Shown: positions 25,218 to 31,875 of the stretch, piece after piece
Layout: each line of letters opens with the position of its first letter
How positions within the stretch are numbered: position 1 is the stretch's first letter
From: a virus
Taxonomy: Duplodnaviria > Caudoviricetes
Reading direction: 5' to 3' (one strand)
Length of the DNA stretch: 31,875 bases
IMG/VR virus record: IMGVR_UViG_3300033067_000953
Coordinates: 1-31,875 of that record
Made by a program: the position numbers and the translations under genes
The notes under the pieces: model-generated
Seen by the model: the letters and a program-made list of their open reading frames with translations, nothing else
Told to the model about the DNA's origin: nothing
Database searches by the model: none

Positions 25218-25232
25218 TTCCAATTTACTTTT
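25218..25232 (-). promoter_or_regulatory. 15-bp leader motif AAAAGTAAATTGGAA, copy 2
   Basis: Identical to 18247-18261; 8 nt upstream of ATG 25209; overlaps the GcrA-like stop. Confidence 0.55.
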
Positions 25233-25557
25233 CGGTGTCAGTCAAGGGCTTTGGCACGAAGCAAATCCAGTGGTGATGCTCGCAATATGGGCTTCTAGTG
25301 ACGTCGCGCTTTGTCGTGGTCGGGTCTTTGCACATGAAGCGGTCAGAGCCGTATTTGCGCAAATCTCGTTTAGTGGGCTCCCCAATAATATATTGGCAGG
25401 TCTTTGGGCTAATGTCGGGTATCTCGGGGCGTCTTACGGGCGAGCCGGTCAGACCCACCACGTTGCGGTAATATTCGCTCTTGGTCTTAGCGTCCCATTG
25501 TCGCTGAAGGGATGCCAGGGAGCGGTGTGCCGGCGGTCGTGGGGTGAAGTAGTTCAT
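25225..25557 (-). CDS. GcrA C-terminal-domain-like protein
   Basis: TCQYIIGEP...FMC...SPYCEHHHWICF resembles the GcrA CxWPIGDP..FC..PYCxxH motif; start at the ATGA overlap (25557). Confidence 0.65.
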   Translation of the reverse strand: MNYFTPRPPAHRSLASLQRQWDAKTKSEYYRNVVGLTGSPVRRPEIPDISPKTCQYIIGEPTKRDLRKYGSDRFMCKDPTTTKRDVTRSPYCEHHHWICFVPKPLTDTEK

Positions 25558-25790
25558 TCGACCCGCCAAACCCTTGCGCCTCCGTCTACCGCACGGACGG
25601 CGAACTTATAGCCCCTAAGCCTCCCGCCGTTAATCATCCGGTGTGCCTCTTGGGTAGTTACGTCAGGCAAGAAAAAGCTGGCGCCTAGATCCATTCTTGA
25701 CCACAGGAACTTGGGCTTGGGCCTTGCGCCGCGCTTGGCTCCGGGCTTGCCGGGTGGGGGTATGGGGATGCCGGTTTCAAATTGGATCAT
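25554..25790 (-). CDS. Small basic phage protein, probable DNA binder
   Basis: MIQFETGIPIP...WSRMDLGASF...GARVWRVE; ATGA overlaps. Confidence 0.7.
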   Translation of the reverse strand: MIQFETGIPIPPPGKPGAKRGARPKPKFLWSRMDLGASFFLPDVTTQEAHRMINGGRLRGYKFAVRAVDGGARVWRVE

Positions 25791-26146
25791 TGGCCCTGCT
25801 CTTTCCTGCGCTGGGCTTCCATGGCGCGGTAGACTCTGGCGGCGGTCGTATTCCAAAAATAAACCGCGTCCGCGTTAGCTGCATTCTGCCCAGCCAATTC
25901 CATCCCATCGCTTACAAATATCTCGTGAGCTTTGTTTTGCCCTTCCTGCGCGCTATGAGGCGCGCTCCCATTGACGCCTGCGGTAGCCCTGCGTTCCCCG
26001 TTCCGGCGCTCTAGGTAAGGCTCTAGGGCTGCTTCTAGGGCTTCCCTCACGCCATGTTCTCCGGGCGTCCAATGAAACCCGCGAATGACTTCGGTCGCCC
26101 GCTCCACCATCGCTCGGTCGATCCTCAATGTTCTTTCTGTGGTCAT
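25787..26146 (-). CDS. Hypothetical protein
   Basis: 119 aa in operon. Confidence 0.55.
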   Translation of the reverse strand: MTTERTLRIDRAMVERATEVIRGFHWTPGEHGVREALEAALEPYLERRNGERRATAGVNGSAPHSAQEGQNKAHEIFVSDGMELAGQNAANADAVYFWNTTAARVYRAMEAQRRKEQGQ

Positions 26147-26180
26147 CTAGTCACCTGTCAGGCTGTGAGCTTGTGGCGGG

Positions 26181-26870
26181 TTAAGCAGCTTGGCCGTTAG
26201 CGGATCTGGCCTTCATGGCGTTGTTCAGCTTCTTCGCGACCGCCCATGCCCACTGCTCATCTCTCATCCAGGCATCGACAAACCGCACGTATTCATCGTC
26301 CGGCATGGTCGCCAAAGCCTCTTTGCAGACCTTGGACTTCCAAGCCGTAAGCTTTTCCTCAGATGACCAGGTGCGCTGCCCCTTAACCGAACCGACAACC
26401 GACCCAATCAAATCTCTAGTATTAGATTTTTTATCTAGCTTTGGATTCTGGCTTCTGGGTGAACCCTCCCCGTTATCCTGAGGGTTAAGGGTAGGCTTAA
26501 CCTCAGCCTTATGGGTCAGCGTGGGATTGCCACCTTGCTTCCCATATCTCTTGCCGTCAGCCGCGCGTTTTGCGTCACGGGTCATGCGTCGTGAGTAGAT
26601 CACGCCTGCGCCGTTCCTGGAGAGCACGCCGGCATTGTCCAATTCAGTTATAAGTGTGCTGATCTGGTCTTGCGGGATGCCTGTCAGGTTGGCTAATTGC
26701 GCGTCGGTCACGGGCCGTCCGTTGACTAAAAGGTGGCCGTACGGTGTGGCTTCGTGCATGAGGCACATGCACTCCACCCAAAGCCCTCTTGCGGCGGCGG
26801 AACAGAGCCTAAGCATCTGATCGGCTCGCCAGTCCGAGGGGTAGAACTTGAACCAGGGCTGCTTGGTCAC
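26181..26870 (-). CDS. Phage replication initiator (lambda O-like layout)
   Basis: PWFKFYPSDW...ARGLW...IYSRRM.RD...GGNP, then a low-complexity linker; probable GTG start at 26870. Confidence 0.75.
   Translation of the reverse strand: MTKQPWFKFYPSDWRADQMLRLCSAAARGLWVECMCLMHEATPYGHLLVNGRPVTDAQLANLTGIPQDQISTLITELDNAGVLSRNGAGVIYSRRMTRDAKRAADGKRYGKQGGNPTLTHKAEVKPTLNPQDNGEGSPRSQNPKLDKKSNTRDLIGSVVGSVKGQRTWSSEEKLTAWKSKVCKEALATMPDDEYVRFVDAWMRDEQWAWAVAKKLNNAMKARSANGQAA
26405..26530. other. Candidate replication origin inside the initiator gene
   Basis: AT-rich tract about 26410-26450 next to the imperfect inverted repeat CTGAGGGTTAAG...CTTAACCTCAG. Confidence 0.5.
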
Positions 26871-26875
26871 TGTGA

Positions 26876-27409
26876 TTACAGCACGCCGAGGTGGTAAAGA
26901 ATTTCCTCGGCACAAGAAAAACTGTCCTTGTGGATTTCCGAGCCGGTAAACCTAAGCACTCTGATGTTGGTCAGGGCCATATCTCGATCACGCGATCTAT
27001 CTCGCGCGGCTTGTTCCTTTGTGCGCTCATGGAAATCGTGTCCGTCACATTCCACAATGACCGAGCTGGCAACTTTCCCGCCCATCATCACTAAAACCAG
27101 AAAATCAACGCGGTACTTATCAACGGGATATTGATGCAAAATCGACATTCCATCGGGTATGGCGTCGATTCCCGAGGGCGCCATATCTCCGCCCCCGTAA
27201 AGCGTCAAAGGGCCACCAATCGTTTCTTCCCATAGGGTTGCCAACGAATGGCTAAGCCGTAACTCTATGGGGCTTTCGACGAGATTTTTAATCTTGGCGT
27301 ACCGGTCAACCCATCGCTGCCAAGATGCCGCGCGCAATTCCTCGTTATCCTTATTGGGATTTCCGGTGCGGAGCGTGCTGAACTTTGAACGCTTACCCTT
27401 CCTAGCCAT
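26876..27409 (-). CDS. DUF559/Vsr-like endonuclease
   Basis: ESPIE, YRVDF, IVECDGHDFHER...RDRSRDR...VLRFTGSEI. Confidence 0.85.
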   Translation of the reverse strand: MARKGKRSKFSTLRTGNPNKDNEELRAASWQRWVDRYAKIKNLVESPIELRLSHSLATLWEETIGGPLTLYGGGDMAPSGIDAIPDGMSILHQYPVDKYRVDFLVLVMMGGKVASSVIVECDGHDFHERTKEQAARDRSRDRDMALTNIRVLRFTGSEIHKDSFSCAEEILYHLGVL

Positions 27410-27674
27410 TGGCGCGCATCCTCTGTTCATAGCGACGGATGCCGTAAATAACCGTGGTGTGGTCCCTGCCGCCCAGAGCCCGGCCAATATCAGGGAGGCT
27501 GAAAGTGGTTTCCTTCGCGCAGCGCCACATGGCCTCTTGTCGGGGCCATGCCACCTGACGGCTGCGGCGGTTGGACACCAGTTCGTTATGGGTCAGCCCG
27601 TACTTATTAGCCACTTCGCAGATAATGGCGTGCATGGGTCTGACGTTCGGAACCAGCAGGTAATCACGCTTCAT
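27402..27674 (-). CDS. Stand-alone DnaA C-terminal (domain IV) HTH protein
   Basis: RRSRQVAWPRQEAMW...SLPDIGRALGGRDHTTVIYG; own ATG at 27674 with GAGGGG RBS. Confidence 0.85.
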   Translation of the reverse strand: MKRDYLLVPNVRPMHAIICEVANKYGLTHNELVSNRRSRQVAWPRQEAMWRCAKETTFSLPDIGRALGGRDHTTVIYGIRRYEQRMRANG

Positions 27675-27887
27675 TGTCGCCCCTCTTTGAAATGCCGATG
27701 TTCTTTGCGCGCTTGCGAACGGAGCTGCGGGTGCGTCCAAGCATTGCGCCGATTCCACCCAGGACTTCGTTTTGTGCAGGTCGTCTAGGACTTGATCTTC
27801 GTCCAGGGTCCACTCCTTGCGGTTGGATACCTTGGGAACTGGTTTCGGTCTGGCCGGGTATTCCACCCGCGTTCTGATGCGGAGCAT
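27664..27887 (-). pseudogene. Myb/SANT-like HTH gene with apparent 1-nt deletion
   Basis: WTLDEDQVL...KSWVE in one frame; (I)GAMLGRTRSSVRKRAKNIGI continues in another frame to TGA at 27664. Confidence 0.65.
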
Positions 27888-28048
27888 TAGAGAGCCGCCA
27901 GCCGCTCGTTGATGACCTTCCTAAGCCTGCGCTTGGTGGTCAGGTCTTTGGCTACCAACAGGACAGCACGCTTGCCCATGACCTTGGAGGGGCGATGCTT
28001 GGCGCGCTGTGCGTTGAGTAGGATCAGGGCTTTTTGTGCGGGGGTCAT
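27887..28048 (-). CDS. Small basic hypothetical protein
   Basis: MTPAQKALILL...; ATGA and TAATG overlaps. Confidence 0.55.
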   Translation of the reverse strand: MTPAQKALILLNAQRAKHRPSKVMGKRAVLLVAKDLTTKRRLRKVINERLAAL

Positions 28049-28158
28049 TTCGTGGCCTTCCACAGTCCGAACAGCCCAATGACCCACACAACAGCCAGAA
28101 ACAGGATCAGATTCAGTACCTCGCGGGGGTACATGGCCCGGTGAAATTCAAGGCTCAT
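28045..28158 (-). CDS. 37-aa single-TM peptide
   Basis: MSLEFHRAMYPREVLNLILFLAVVWVIGLFGLWKATK; ATGA overlaps at both ends. Confidence 0.5.
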   Translation of the reverse strand: MSLEFHRAMYPREVLNLILFLAVVWVIGLFGLWKATK

Positions 28159-28493
28159 ACGATTTGCACCTCTATCTGGTATTGCGCATAAACGTGCTTG
28201 ATTTTCCACTTGCTCAGAGGGGTCATAAAACCCTTGCAGTCGGACACGATGTACTGGCCGTCCTTGCGATAAGAAAAGTCGGCCCGGTACGATCCAAGGC
28301 AAACGCCGTCCACGTTGAGCGGGAACTTGGGCTGGCGCGTCAGTTCGTGAATCTGGCCCGTCCGCTCCAACTGCTTCAGCAAAACGTAATGCTTGGCCTC
28401 TTTCAAACTATCAAAAAGCACGCCGTCTACAGTGCGCGCGGCCTTGCCGGCAGCGTCCAAGCGAACGCCGTACTTGCTGCGCTTGATAGCCAC
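28155..28493 (-). CDS. DUF1064-family PD-(D/E)xK nuclease-like protein
   Basis: SKYG...VDGVLFDSLKEA...QPKF...YRADFSY...DCKG; TAGTG-coupled start. Confidence 0.85.
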   Translation of the reverse strand: MAIKRSKYGVRLDAAGKAARTVDGVLFDSLKEAKHYVLLKQLERTGQIHELTRQPKFPLNVDGVCLGSYRADFSYRKDGQYIVSDCKGFMTPLSKWKIKHVYAQYQIEVQIV

Positions 28494-28744
28494 TAGTTCA
28501 CCCTGCGGTGAATCGGTTTGTCCTCGCGCCAGACCGCCATGGTTTCCTGCGGGGACTGGTGGACCTTTTTTGCGCTGATGGCGTTCTTGAGTGCGTTGGT
28601 TCTCACTCTGAGCCACTCACCAATGGAAAGCGGCACAAACTCAACGGACATCCAGCCAAGGATTGAGACTGTGCTAAGCGGGCCACCAACACAGCGGAAG
28701 CCACGGAAGCCGTGGAACGTAAAGCCGATAGTGAAGCCCCTCAT
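28493..28744 (-). CDS. Hypothetical protein
   Basis: 83 aa with coupled start and stop. Confidence 0.5.
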   Translation of the reverse strand: MRGFTIGFTFHGFRGFRCVGGPLSTVSILGWMSVEFVPLSIGEWLRVRTNALKNAISAKKVHQSPQETMAVWREDKPIHRRVN

Positions 28745-29043
28745 TCATCCCCCAATAGTTTCAGCAGCTTTGAACGCTGCTCGTATGTCAGGCCGTTCTG
28801 CTTGCGGTTGGATGCTTCCAGAACCGCGTCGGCTACTTCGTCAAATTCCGCCATCAATGAAATGAGGTGGCCAGCAGATGGCGCGCTCTTGCCGTCGATC
28901 CAGTTGCTCACCGTCTGGTAGGTCACACCAAGGGCGCGCGGGATGTCGCGCTGCGCGTTGGGGACTCTCAAAATGGCTTGGGAAATGGCGAGCGATGCGG
29001 GCATGACGCGATTCAAGAACTTTTGAATGCGGTGTTGGGACAT
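28741..29043 (-). CDS. HTH protein in the cII position
   Basis: IPRALGVTYQTVSNWIDGKSAPS; RBS GGAGA. Confidence 0.75.
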   Translation of the reverse strand: MSQHRIQKFLNRVMPASLAISQAILRVPNAQRDIPRALGVTYQTVSNWIDGKSAPSAGHLISLMAEFDEVADAVLEASNRKQNGLTYEQRSKLLKLLGDE

Positions 29044-29422
29044 TTGAATCTCTCCAATGTGATGCTGTTCACATGGAGAACGACTTCAGATGCTTCGGAG
29101 ATATCGCGCGCCGTGTCCTGGCAGACAGTTGGCGGGCAAAGGGTAGAACCCTGAGTCTGGCGCTTTACAACCAGACCCAGAGCGTTGAACACGCGGTTGG
29201 GACCGAGGGGGTCAATTCCCAACGCTGGAAACCGAATTTGAGCGGTGTTCCGGGTCCTTCTAGCAAATGCCCAAAAACCGTTGGGGCGGCGGATTTGCTG
29301 CACATGCAGCGAATAGGTGCGTCCAGCAAAGAACGTGCCCAGGGGGGAGGGCCAATGCTGGACGCGGCGCAGGGCGGGGGGCTCCTGCGCGGACTGAAAT
29401 GAATGATGGCCCCCGGTGAACA

Positions 29423-29632
29423 TCACTGTTCCTTGGATGAGGGCTTGGTTAGCCAGAAGTCGTCCGCCGTGACCTGCTGCCCGGTCGCCTCGAAAATCCG
29501 CAGCATCGTGGCGTGCTCAGGCTTGGTCGAACCAGCGCGCAGGCGATAAACGGTCGATATGGAAACGCCGATTTTCTCGGCAAATTCCTCAGGGCGGATC
29601 GAATTGGCGGCTAAATACTGTTTCAAGTTCAT
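29423..29632 (-). CDS. cro: Cro-like HTH repressor
   Basis: MNLKQYL...FAEKIGVSISTVYRL...TGQQVTADDF; divergent from the cI-like gene. Confidence 0.85.
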   Translation of the reverse strand: MNLKQYLAANSIRPEEFAEKIGVSISTVYRLRAGSTKPEHATMLRIFEATGQQVTADDFWLTKPSSKEQ

Positions 29633-29640
29633 GCGTCATA

Positions 29641-29692
29641 TTCGCACCTGCTGCAAACTCCCGTCAACAGTTATTTTCGCACCTCATGCGCT
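29641..29692. promoter_or_regulatory. Two operators (OR-like) and the cro promoter
   Basis: TTCGCACCTGCTGCAAA 29641-29657 and TTCGCACCTCATGCGCT 29676-29692; minus-strand TTGACG lies between them. Confidence 0.75.
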
Positions 29693-29725
29693 AGACCGCC
29701 CGCCCGCTTAGAGTCAGGCTAAAAA

Positions 29726-30043
29726 ATGCAATCCGGGCACTACCTCAGGGCTTGGCGAAAATACCGGGAGTTGACGCTTGCTCAGGCGTCGGACGCCATC
29801 GACCTGCATTTGTCGGTGCTGTCCAAGATCGAGGCCGGCAAGACCGCCTACACCCAGCCGCGCCTAGAGGCATTGGCAAAGCTGTATAAGTGCCACGTTT
29901 CCGATCTACTGAATCCCCCGCCCTCCCCCGACAGCGCGTTCCCTGCCCTTCTAATAGCCATTAAAAGGCTATCTGACGCGGACCAGCGCCGCGCCCTGGC
30001 GGTCTTAGAAGCCGCCTTCGATAAGCAGATCAAAGCCGCTTAA
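29726..30043 (+). CDS. cI: CI-like XRE repressor without a peptidase domain
   Basis: LRAWRKYRELTLAQ...LSKIEAGK...LEALAKLY; only 105 aa. Confidence 0.8.
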   Translation: MQSGHYLRAWRKYRELTLAQASDAIDLHLSVLSKIEAGKTAYTQPRLEALAKLYKCHVSDLLNPPPSPDSAFPALLIAIKRLSDADQRRALAVLEAAFDKQIKAA

Positions 30044-30108
30044 AACAGCGCAACCATTAATATTGGTTCGGGCCAAATTTCCCGCTCCGTTCTTGGTCTG
30101 TCCATAAA

Positions 30109-30161
30109 TTTGCATTTACTGCGAAAATAACTCTTGCATGAGGTGCGAAAAGGTTTAGGCT
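30109..30161 (+). promoter_or_regulatory. Two operators (OL-like) and early promoter
   Basis: TTTGCATTTACTGCGAA 30109-30125 and CTTGCATGAGGTGCGAA 30133-30149; TTGCAT-16 nt-TAGGCT; 30136-30151 is a perfect 16-bp inverted copy of 29674-29689. Confidence 0.75.
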
Positions 30162-30189
30162 GTTCCTCACCAAACAAGGAGCACAGCCC

Positions 30190-30324
30190 ATGTACCAGAT
30201 CATCGACAGCCGGACCCAGCAAATCGTCGGAACCTTCCAGAGCTACATTCGGGCCAGCCGCAAGCGCGACAAGCTGGACAACGAGTACGGCGGCTATCGC
30301 TACCAAGTCCGCAAGGTGGCCTAA
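30190..30324 (+). CDS. 44-aa first early protein (not in ORF track)
   Basis: RBS AAGGAG; MYQIIDSRTQQIVGTFQSYIRASRKRDKLDNEYGGYRYQVRKVA. Confidence 0.7.
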   Translation: MYQIIDSRTQQIVGTFQSYIRASRKRDKLDNEYGGYRYQVRKVA

Positions 30325-30326
30325 CC

Positions 30327-30593
30327 ATGAAAACGGTTCCCACCCTAGTGACGGCACTGAGCGAACGCGCTCGCGAAATCTACGGCTCGGATCTTATTGC
30401 CGCGTCGATTTGCTACCAAATCATGGTGGACGGTCGCGCCCGTTGGCAGGGCCACATCTGCGTGATGGACGGCAAAAGCATTTTCTGTGACGCGGCGACC
30501 CCGGCGGCAGCGTTCGACGCAACTATGGCCCGCATGGATCTGGACAGCTTGGACAACATCTCCCGCGTCCTTGGTTACAACGTCGCAGCATAG
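30327..30593 (+). CDS. Hypothetical early protein
   Basis: 88 aa, starts 2 nt after the previous stop. Confidence 0.6.
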   Translation: MKTVPTLVTALSERAREIYGSDLIAASICYQIMVDGRARWQGHICVMDGKSIFCDAATPAAAFDATMARMDLDSLDNISRVLGYNVAA

Positions 30594-30600
30594 GTGCCGC

Positions 30601-30801
30601 ATGACCTCCGCATACACATTGAACAAAGCCCGCGCAGCCAAATGGGAAGCCGAGGCCGCTGAGTGTGAGGCTGCTGCCAAGCGGTACGCGGCGCGGGGCA
30701 TGGATGAGGAAGTCACCTACTTCACCGCCAAGGCCATCGACTGCCGGGAACTGGCTGAGAGCTATCGCCAGACGGCACCCCTTCAACAAGCTGCGGAGTA
30801 A
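30601..30801 (+). CDS. Hypothetical early protein
   Basis: MTSAYTLNKARAAKWEAE...; start reassigned to ATG 30601. Confidence 0.6.
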   Translation: MTSAYTLNKARAAKWEAEAAECEAAAKRYAARGMDEEVTYFTAKAIDCRELAESYRQTAPLQQAAE

Positions 30802-30807
30802 CCCAGC

Positions 30808-31038
30808 ATGGAACAGATCGAACGCCTCGCCGTCGCTTTGATGGATGCCGACAAGGCTTACAGCGCAGCTCACGACGCTGCGTATGGTGCGACCGACCCG
30901 GCTGAAAAAGTCAGGCTTGACCTCATCAAGCGCAGGGCATTGCGCGCCTACACGGACGCCAAGCTTGCCTACGACGACGCCCTGGACGAGATGGCATTAG
31001 ACCGGCGCACCCCGAGTTACGCAACGGCAGCGGAGTAA
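30808..31038 (+). CDS. Hypothetical helical early protein
   Basis: 76 aa; GGAG RBS embedded in the previous gene end. Confidence 0.65.
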   Translation: MEQIERLAVALMDADKAYSAAHDAAYGATDPAEKVRLDLIKRRALRAYTDAKLAYDDALDEMALDRRTPSYATAAE

Positions 31039-31063
31039 TCACAACATGAAAAAGGAAAACAGC

Positions 31064-31423
31064 ATGAGCATGGTACGCCAAGGAGATGTGTTGCTTGTTC
31101 CGGTCAAGTCGATCCCGACCGACCTAAAATCTGACAACCGCCCCAAGTGCATTTTGGCTTACGGCGAAGTGTCGGGCCATCACCACCGCTTTGAGGGTGG
31201 CAAGGTCACGGCCTTTTACAAAGAGGGCGACGCTGGCGAGCCTATCAGCGGCGGGATGCTGCGCGGGTCAGCAACGGATGTGCGCTTTATCTCGGTTCCT
31301 AAAGATGGTGCGGCGCTCGTTCACGAAGAACACGACGCGATCCAGGTTGCTCCGGGAACCTACGAGGTACGCCGTCAGCGTGAGTTTGACATGATGGCCG
31401 GCGTCCGCAGCGTGGCGGATTAA
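31064..31423 (+). CDS. His-rich small protein (usual partner of DUF6745-type genes)
   Basis: RQGDVLL...LAYGEVSGHHH...LVHEEH...GTYEVRRQRE; start 31046, 31064 or 31070, RBS favours 31064. Confidence 0.8.
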   Translation: MSMVRQGDVLLVPVKSIPTDLKSDNRPKCILAYGEVSGHHHRFEGGKVTAFYKEGDAGEPISGGMLRGSATDVRFISVPKDGAALVHEEHDAIQVAPGTYEVRRQREFDMMAGVRSVAD

Positions 31424-31428
31424 CCGTC

Positions 31429-31875
31429 ATGGCCCGTATGAAAATTGAGGCCCTCACCGAAGCGCAGAAGGCACGCTTCCCCGAGTTCATCAACAAATGG
31501 ACCCAGATTGGTCTTTCCACTGAACCCGCCGACCGTCCGCGCGCTGAAGCAGCGATCCACGCCGCATACAAGGCCGCAGGCAAAGCGCCGCCGAAGAAAA
31601 TCGTGTGGTGTGGATCGCCGCTTTCTCAGTGCCTGACCCGCGCAATCATTCTGGACAAAGGACTTGCGAAGCAAGTCGGAGAAAAAGTGTGGGCCAGCGT
31701 GTGGGACAGCGTGAGGGACAGCGTGAGGGACAGCGTGTGGGACAGCGTGGGGGACAGCGTGTGGGACAGCGTGTGGGCCAGCGTGGGGGACAGCGTGGGG
31801 GACAGCGTGAGGGACAGCGTGTGGGACAGCGTGGGGGACAGCGTGTGGGACAGCGTGTGGGCCAGCGTGGGGGAC
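31429..31875 (+). CDS. DUF6745-type protein, truncated by the window end (not in ORF track)
   Basis: MARMKIEALTEAQKARFPEFINKWTQIGLSTEPADRPRAEAAIHAAYKAAG...IVWCGSP then (V-W/R/G-D/A-S)n; no stop in the window. Confidence 0.75.
   Translation, partial: MARMKIEALTEAQKARFPEFINKWTQIGLSTEPADRPRAEAAIHAAYKAAGKAPPKKIVWCGSPLSQCLTRAIILDKGLAKQVGEKVWASVWDSVRDSVRDSVWDSVGDSVWDSVWASVGDSVGDSVRDSVWDSVGDSVWDSVWASVGD
31687..31875 (+). repeat. Coding 12-bp tandem repeat GTG(T/A/G)GGG(A/C)CAGC, 15 full units plus a partial unit
   Basis: Read directly; runs to the window end. Confidence 0.97.

Larger units (their letters stand above)
1540..31875. mobile_element. Temperate podovirus-like phage/prophage (incomplete on the right)
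   Basis: Ordered lysis, tail/ejection, head, packaging, replication and immunity modules; no tape measure, tube or sheath gene. Confidence 0.95.

Noticed and set aside
26485-26500. CtrA box
   Set aside because: TTAA half-sites are 8 nt apart rather than 7; better explained as part of the origin-like palindrome.
30790-31038. Repeated AAE-stop gene endings (GCGGAGTAA)
   Set aside because: Explained by a Shine-Dalgarno sequence embedded in the end of the preceding gene.
31687-31875. CRISPR array or diversity-generating retroelement
   Set aside because: Contiguous 12-bp in-frame units with no spacers; no cas or reverse transcriptase gene and no template/variable repeat pair in the window.

Overview
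Most of a temperate, podovirus-like (short tail, ejection proteins) phage, probably from an alphaproteobacterial host. All family calls come from motif recognition; no database search was run. Left to right: (1) an IS1595-family element (left end at 1258) inserted into a tyrosine integrase whose 3' remnant (1259-1482) is missing from the ORF track; (2) an attP-like junction whose core matches a tRNA-Ser 3' end; (3) one long minus-strand run with a lipoprotein, spanins, holin, endolysin, tail fibre genes, an HNH endonuclease, three ejection proteins, tail hub and adaptor, a Maf/DUF115-like glycosyltransferase, decoration, capsid and scaffold genes, a 5-gene insert, portal, TerL/TerS, GcrA-like, replication initiator, DUF559, DnaA-C and DUF1064 genes, cII-like and cro; (4) on the plus strand a short cI with four operators and early genes, ending in a DUF6745-type gene pair with a 12-bp tandem repeat. 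Best candidates for new biology: a possible virion glycosylation module, a parS-like palindrome ahead of terS, a 15-bp motif shared by two late-gene leaders, an HNH gene carrying a copy of the tail-fibre N-terminus, and the DUF6745-type pair.
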